A stretch of 57,365 nt of DNA, filler included, from Stramenopiles sp. TOSAG23-6 (taxonomy: Eukaryota), in assembly GCA_900128565.1 (NCBI GenBank). It is 3 parts of 3 records of this genome, joined end to end, with 100 filler letters (N's around TTAATTAATTAA, not from the genome) between each part and the next. Parts side by side here need not be neighbours in the genome. Positions count along the whole stretch, not along the records: positions 38,396 to 57,365 come from LT636057.1; 2 more parts are not named here. One strand, given 5' to 3'. Position 1 is the stretch's first letter. Each line of letters starts with the position of its first letter. Below, piece after piece: positions 52,401 through 57,365 of the stretch. The position numbers and the translations under genes were made by a program. The notes below the pieces were generated by a model, which saw only the letters and a list, made by a program, of their open reading frames with translations, was not told the origin of the DNA and made no database searches.

Positions 52401-54824
52401 CACGAATTCCAGCAGTTTTACAGAGTTTCACCGCACCTGGTACTTGAGGTCTAGCAGGATCAATCATAGCAAAAAGACCAAGGAAGTTAAGTGGTGTAAA
52501 TGAATCTTCGTGTGGTGGCATTTTTGGGTTTTGAGGGGCATTTCGGTCATTTCCAATTGGAAAGTTAGCGTTGTCTTCATCATACTCGAAATCTTTACCG
52601 TACTTTCGTGGAAGCTCAAGTTCACAAAAGCCAAGAACACGAAGACCATCTTCTGCGCATTGTTCCTGAAGAGCAATGATTTTCTCCTTTTCTGCTGCGT
52701 CGAAAGGAACAAGGTCAGCTTTACCAGAACCATTATCTTTCCAAATTTTATCGCACCTATTCCAAATTCTTTCTGGTGCTCCTTTCATCACAAGTAAAGA
52801 TGATTTCTTCTCATCATCCCAATGAATACCAACTTGGTATTTATTTTTAGAGTTAAAAGGTATTTGGGCAATTCGTGGATATTCTTCGTTGCATTTAGTC
52901 ATATAATTAGACAGAGCTCCTTCAGTATCCAAGTTACCGTCAGCGTCTTTAGAATTCATCATCTGTGCGAACTTAGCTAACGCAGATTCAGTAGCATCAC
53001 CAAGTGGTTTCCAATTATATTGTTTTTGTTTACGACCATCAATGTCGACGATAGTCATAAATGGTTTTGGACGACTGGTATCAGCGATACTTAGCGCAGG
53101 GTTATTTGGATCCGGTTTTTTATGGTATAATGTTGTATTATCCCATTTAACATTATTGCACAATGTGGCACAACGCAAGAGCTTGTCAAAGGTTCCTCTT
53201 TTTTTAATTGATGCAGCGGTAACAGTATCGGGTTTGTCAGCACGGGAACCAGTATCGGCCTGGTATGCACAATTATCAAATACAACTCGTTCAACAGTCA
53301 TTTATTGTGAAAACAAAAAAGTGTGAAAACATTTGTTAGGTAAAAAACAAATTACGAAAAAAACATTTAAAATTCGTAATGCAAACATACATCATATTTT
53401 GAGTCAAAGTTCCAGTTTTATCCGAGCAAATACAAGAAGTTGATCCGAGCGTTTCGACACCTTCAAGATTCTTTACGAGAACATTATTATTCGCCATTCG
53501 ATGGGCAGTTAATGCCATACACACAGTTACAGTCGCAAGTAAACCTTCAGGTACATTAGCAACAATAATTCCAATCATGAAAACAAGGTTTGTAATCATT
53601 TCTGTTTTGATGATAATCCAACCGAAAAGAAAAAATGAAATTCCCAAAATGAAAGCAATCGACGAAACTATAGTGACAAAGTGATGAATTTGTTTGTTAA
53701 TAGGCGTCTGTACAGTCTCTGTGACGGTTGTTAGAGAAGCAATACGACCCATAACAGTGTCATCACCCGTTGATACTACAATACATTTCATCGATCCTTT
53801 AACGACCTCCGTACCAAAGAATGCAAGATTTCGTGTTTCAAGAGGATTCTCATCAGTGCAAGAAGTTTCACGTTTTACGGGTTCAGCTTCACCAGTAAGC
53901 GATGCATTGTCAACTTCAACAGTTCCTGATACTGATAAAACACGGACATCAGCAGGTACTTTATTTCCAGCCTTCAACTTAATGATGTCTCCAGGGACGA
54001 GCATCGTTGCGTTAATTTCCTTAGGTTGGCCATCACGAATAACAATTGTTGTTGATGGAAGCATATTCTTAAAACTGTCCATAAGATTAGATGATTTTCG
54101 TTCCTGGCAATATCCAAAAACACCAGTGAGAAACACTACCGCAGCAAGAACTATACCTAAATAAAGATTATCTTGTTCTTTTTTCAAACCAAACCCAACG
54201 AAGCACAAAGCGGCACCACCCCATAGTAAAAGTGAAAAAAATCCCGTCATCTGCTCCATGAATTTGATGAATTCACTCTTTGTCTTTGGTGGAGTAAGCT
54301 TATTTTCACCATATTCATTGATTTTCTCGAACCACAACTGTTCACTAATTCCCTCATTCTTCGACTCCACTAACACGAAACCACCATCAGAAGTCATATC
54401 AAACTCAAAGTGACTTGCAAGATCATTTCTGACATCCCCAATGTCCATCGTATGCCATTTGAGCTTCAATTCCTTCTTCAAGTTCCCCAAATCCTCAACT
54501 TCTGCACCGCCAAAGCAAGGACAGGAGAAGTTTGCCTTATTCGAGGTTTTCGTATTTTCTTCTAACGATTTCGCCCCTGTTGAGTTGAAAAGATATAAAG
54601 TCAATGGTACACATAATGAGCTACATTGGTAAAGATAAAGAGTATAATTAAAAGCACTGATGTACAAAAGTTATGAGAGATAATTCATTCAAAAATATTT
54701 GAACACAAAGGCTGGAACACTTACTCGAATCAATCGTAGACACCATCCCTTTCTGTTTAACAGTTGCGCCAATAACAGCGATTTCCGACGACTGACTTCG
54801 CGAAACATTGATTCTATCACTCAT
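49441..54824 (-). CDS. Na+/K+-ATPase alpha subunit-like (P2C), ~1714 aa; exons 54824-54725, 54576-53391, 53299-49441
   Basis: VANVPEGLLATVTV, CSDKTGTLTQN|MMTV, MKGAPE, TGDGVNDAPAL, LKKSIAYTLSSNIPEI, C-terminal NTYY. Confidence 0.95.
53300..53390 (-). mobile_element. Introner-like intron, GT...AT, 91 nt
   Basis: atg at|GTATGT...TTTACCTAAC...CACAATAAAT|g act gtt. No AG in the intron; restores DKTGTLTQNMMTV. Confidence 0.92.
54577..54724 (-). other. Canonical GT-AG intron, 148 nt, unrelated to the family
   Basis: tcg a|GTAAGT...TCAACAG|gg; phases match. Confidence 0.85.
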
Positions 54825-55157
54825 CGTGGCCACTCCCGTAGAAAAAAACAGGAGAGTATATGACTCTCGACAATAATCTCTGGAAGCCCCCGACAATACC
54901 AAGTTATTGGCAGTGTTGGCTTTTGCCGAAAAGAAGACGACAAAGTGTAGTTTGCCCACCACCAGTCATTGGAAATGACATTGTTTGTCTTTTGTTGTTT
55001 GAATTTTTTTAAGTCAACAGGTTTGTGACGGCAGAAAAAGTTCTCTTTTTCTTTTTTGAGAGAGATCTGGAGACTTGAGATCTTGGATCTTACGTACTTC
55101 TTAATAGATCCTTTTTTCAATACATTTTTGAAATGCAATGCATACTTGACCAAAAAT

Positions 55158-57176
55158 ATGGATTATAAAGACCTTGTGGAAGGTGATGGAGAAGTTGTTA
55201 AAAGGGGTGATTTAGTGGAAGTTGATGCGGTTGGCGTAATTCTTGCAAAAGGAGAAACTTGTGATGCCAATTCAGCAGGAAAAAAAAGTCTAGGTAGTAC
55301 ATTCTGGTCCACTCGCCAACCAGGTAAAACTTGCTTTAAATATCGAGTAGGTGTAAACTCTGTCATTAGAGGATGGGATACTGGTATTATAGGAACAAAA
55401 TTGGGGGGTATACGTCGTTTGCGTATTCCTCCAAATATGGCTTACGGGGAAATAGGGTATCCAACTTGGTCAATACCACCTAAAGCATCACTCGAATACA
55501 CAATCGAAATACTTTCTATCAATGGAAAAAGATCAATTTCAAATACAAAAANATTCGATTGGTCAGATATAGATTCATTAGTTGGTCAATTTGATCGTAA
55601 TAATACGATACCAAAAACAGATATTCAAATTGGTTCTATTGTGAAAATACTATCAAGTACCCCTACTTCGAAGAATGAAGATGAAAGAACAGCTGAGAAA
55701 CTGGCAAGAGTAAAATCTATAGATTTAGATGCATTAATGGTATGCGTTGTATATATTAATAATAATGGGGAAACATGTAGTGATGAAGATGAGGAAGAAT
55801 GGTTATTTGAAGATTGCCTTCAAGTAGTTTTAGACGAAAAACAGGAAACCTCTAAAAAGAAATTAGATTCTTCAAACTCGACAATAAAAACAAATGATAC
55901 AATGAAACATGAAACATCCAAAAACAAATTAGACACTCTTTCAAAATCGATAATAAAACCAAATAATAAAACAAAACAAAAACAAAAGCAAATCTGTAAT
56001 TTGTGTGGTGAAGAAGCCAAAACTAAGCCATTAAGAAAATGTTCAGGTTGTGGTTTGGTATACTATTGCTCTGTTCAGCATCAAAAGAAAGATTGGAAAT
56101 TTCACAAACCTATGTGTTTAATTGAACAAAAGCGAAATGGAAAAAAGATAAAAAGAAAACATAATCAAAATTTGAATAAAAACATGTCATGTAGTGATAC
56201 ACAAAGATTGTATGAAAGCCAAATGACAGGAACATTTCGCTGGCCTGCAGGTACAAAATTTACACCTCTCCCAATTACATTTGACCATGCCTTGGCATTG
56301 AAATGTATTAAACAAAAGGGTGCAGGATGGGGACAATTTTGTAATGTACGTTTTATGCAATCGCAAAAGACGGACGGAAAATTGATACTGGAACCATCCC
56401 TCATTGATGGAATAAGTTTCCCTATCACATTCCTGTATGCTATTACTCTCGATGAAGTTAAAAATGAATCACCAATAGTATCTGGAGCGTTGATAAATAT
56501 TGCTGTTGTTGGTGCATCGGCAAAAACTGAAGAAAGAATTCTGCGAGAAACTAATTATTGGGAGGAAATTGGTCGAATTTTACCTTGTCAATTTAGGATA
56601 GTTTTTGTAGGGCTCGAAATTTTATGTGAGGGTGTATTTGATCACTCGAAACGTCATTTTAGTAGCAATAGAAAGTCTAAAGATTCATGTCATGATACAA
56701 ACAACATATCCTTTTCGACTTTTAAGGGAAGTTTGATTAATTTCCTTTCAAAAGAGAAAGAGTGTGGGAACTTTGATGATCCTGACTCATCGCACATTGT
56801 GATTGGTTTTAATACAGGTCTAGGAAGTGGTAATTCTGAGTTAATGGCTTCTTGGTTAGATGATCTTAATATGTTAATGGATAAAGATATTTTAAGTATC
56901 TTTACTTGCGCAAATCAACATGCAGATCTCTTTGGTGAAATCAATGTTATGAATATAATTGACGCAAACATAATTGCAAAACCGAGAAGGAATGCTTTCT
57001 CAGCATGTTCTGCTTACCATGCTCCAGGACAGCGCGAAAAAGCTAGTTGTGCAAATAGTTTTGTGTATGCCATTAAAGGTAGGAAAGGAGCAGGAATAAT
57101 AAGTGAGATGGAAATGAAACGACAACGTTACTCTGTAGCATTACTAGCAAAAGAAGTAAAAAAGAAATGGTCATAA
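55158..57176 (+). CDS. FKBP-type PPIase - MYND zinc finger - MSS51-like protein
   Basis: VIRGWDTGIIG...GGIRRLRIPPNMAYG (FKBP); CNLC...CSGCGLVYYCSVQHQKKDWKFHKPMC (MYND); IAVVGAS...GFNTG (MSS51-like C-terminus). Confidence 0.85.
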   Translation: MDYKDLVEGDGEVVKRGDLVEVDAVGVILAKGETCDANSAGKKSLGSTFWSTRQPGKTCFKYRVGVNSVIRGWDTGIIGTKLGGIRRLRIPPNMAYGEIGYPTWSIPPKASLEYTIEILSINGKRSISNTKXFDWSDIDSLVGQFDRNNTIPKTDIQIGSIVKILSSTPTSKNEDERTAEKLARVKSIDLDALMVCVVYINNNGETCSDEDEEEWLFEDCLQVVLDEKQETSKKKLDSSNSTIKTNDTMKHETSKNKLDTLSKSIIKPNNKTKQKQKQICNLCGEEAKTKPLRKCSGCGLVYYCSVQHQKKDWKFHKPMCLIEQKRNGKKIKRKHNQNLNKNMSCSDTQRLYESQMTGTFRWPAGTKFTPLPITFDHALALKCIKQKGAGWGQFCNVRFMQSQKTDGKLILEPSLIDGISFPITFLYAITLDEVKNESPIVSGALINIAVVGASAKTEERILRETNYWEEIGRILPCQFRIVFVGLEILCEGVFDHSKRHFSSNRKSKDSCHDTNNISFSTFKGSLINFLSKEKECGNFDDPDSSHIVIGFNTGLGSGNSELMASWLDDLNMLMDKDILSIFTCANQHADLFGEINVMNIIDANIIAKPRRNAFSACSAYHAPGQREKASCANSFVYAIKGRKGAGIISEMEMKRQRYSVALLAKEVKKKWS

Positions 57177-57365
57177 TTTAATTATGGTTTAATAACTGTA
57201 TTATATAACACATTGATTAAATAAATATTATATAGGTCGTCATGGTAGTATTCAATGAATACAATAAAAAGAGACAACTCCAACGAAAACTAGTTAAAAA
57301 AACTTTTAAAAAATAGCTCAGCAAGCAGGCTTCCAAACGGGTCCCCCACGATCGTACTAGCTGCT

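Noticed and set aside
12284-53390. Reading the family as U12-type AT-AC introns (2-nt shifted register)
   Set aside because: There is no ATATCCTT donor and the branch box is too far from the 3' end. In the shifted register the 5' ends vary (AT, CT, AG, TG, GT) and so do the 3' ends (AC, AT, GT, TC, GC, AA), whereas GT...AT is constant. A divergent minor spliceosome is not formally excluded.
12284-53390. IES-like DNA elimination using AT pointers
   Set aside because: All 23 copies follow transcript orientation and carry donor and branch-like signals, and 4 lack the flanking AT. DNA excision would not predict this.
56344-56355. ATGTACGTTTT donor-like match in the FKBP-MYND gene (similar match near 14911)
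   Set aside because: No branch box or 3' family sequence follows, and the ORF reads through normally.

Overview
AT-rich, gene-dense eukaryotic DNA from a protist; the gene content is compatible with a marine stramenopile-like alga or flagellate, which is inference only. It holds about 22 protein genes in three contig pieces joined by two artificial 100-nt N/TTAATTAATTAA/N linkers. The main discovery is a family of short intron-like repeats, mostly 88-107 nt, with 20 complete and 3 gap-truncated copies (consensus GTAYGTTTT...TTCRTACGAAATTTTGTACCTAAC...AAATATTTTTCCAAAATACAT). Every copy lies in the sense orientation of its host gene. Eighteen of the 20 complete copies restore the reading frame when excised as GT...AT instead of GT...AG, in several cases rebuilding exact conserved motifs: P-type ATPase DKTGTLTQNxMTV, kinase, PP2C, C2H2 finger, CDC45 and STN1. 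Fourteen of those 18 sit directly after an exonic AT, which resembles a 2-bp target-site duplication around an element with short GTA...TAC inverted ends. This points to an Introner-like transposon that makes non-canonical GT-AT introns, alongside ordinary GT-AG introns. The window also holds a UGA-recoded PDI-like selenoprotein (WUGHC) with a SECIS, a partial SBP2 gene, a signal-peptide kinase-ZnF-PP2C fusion split by 10 introns, a Na/K-ATPase with a very large M7-M8 insert, and two proteins over 3200 aa. All splice junctions are inferred from reading frame and motifs; no RNA data were seen.
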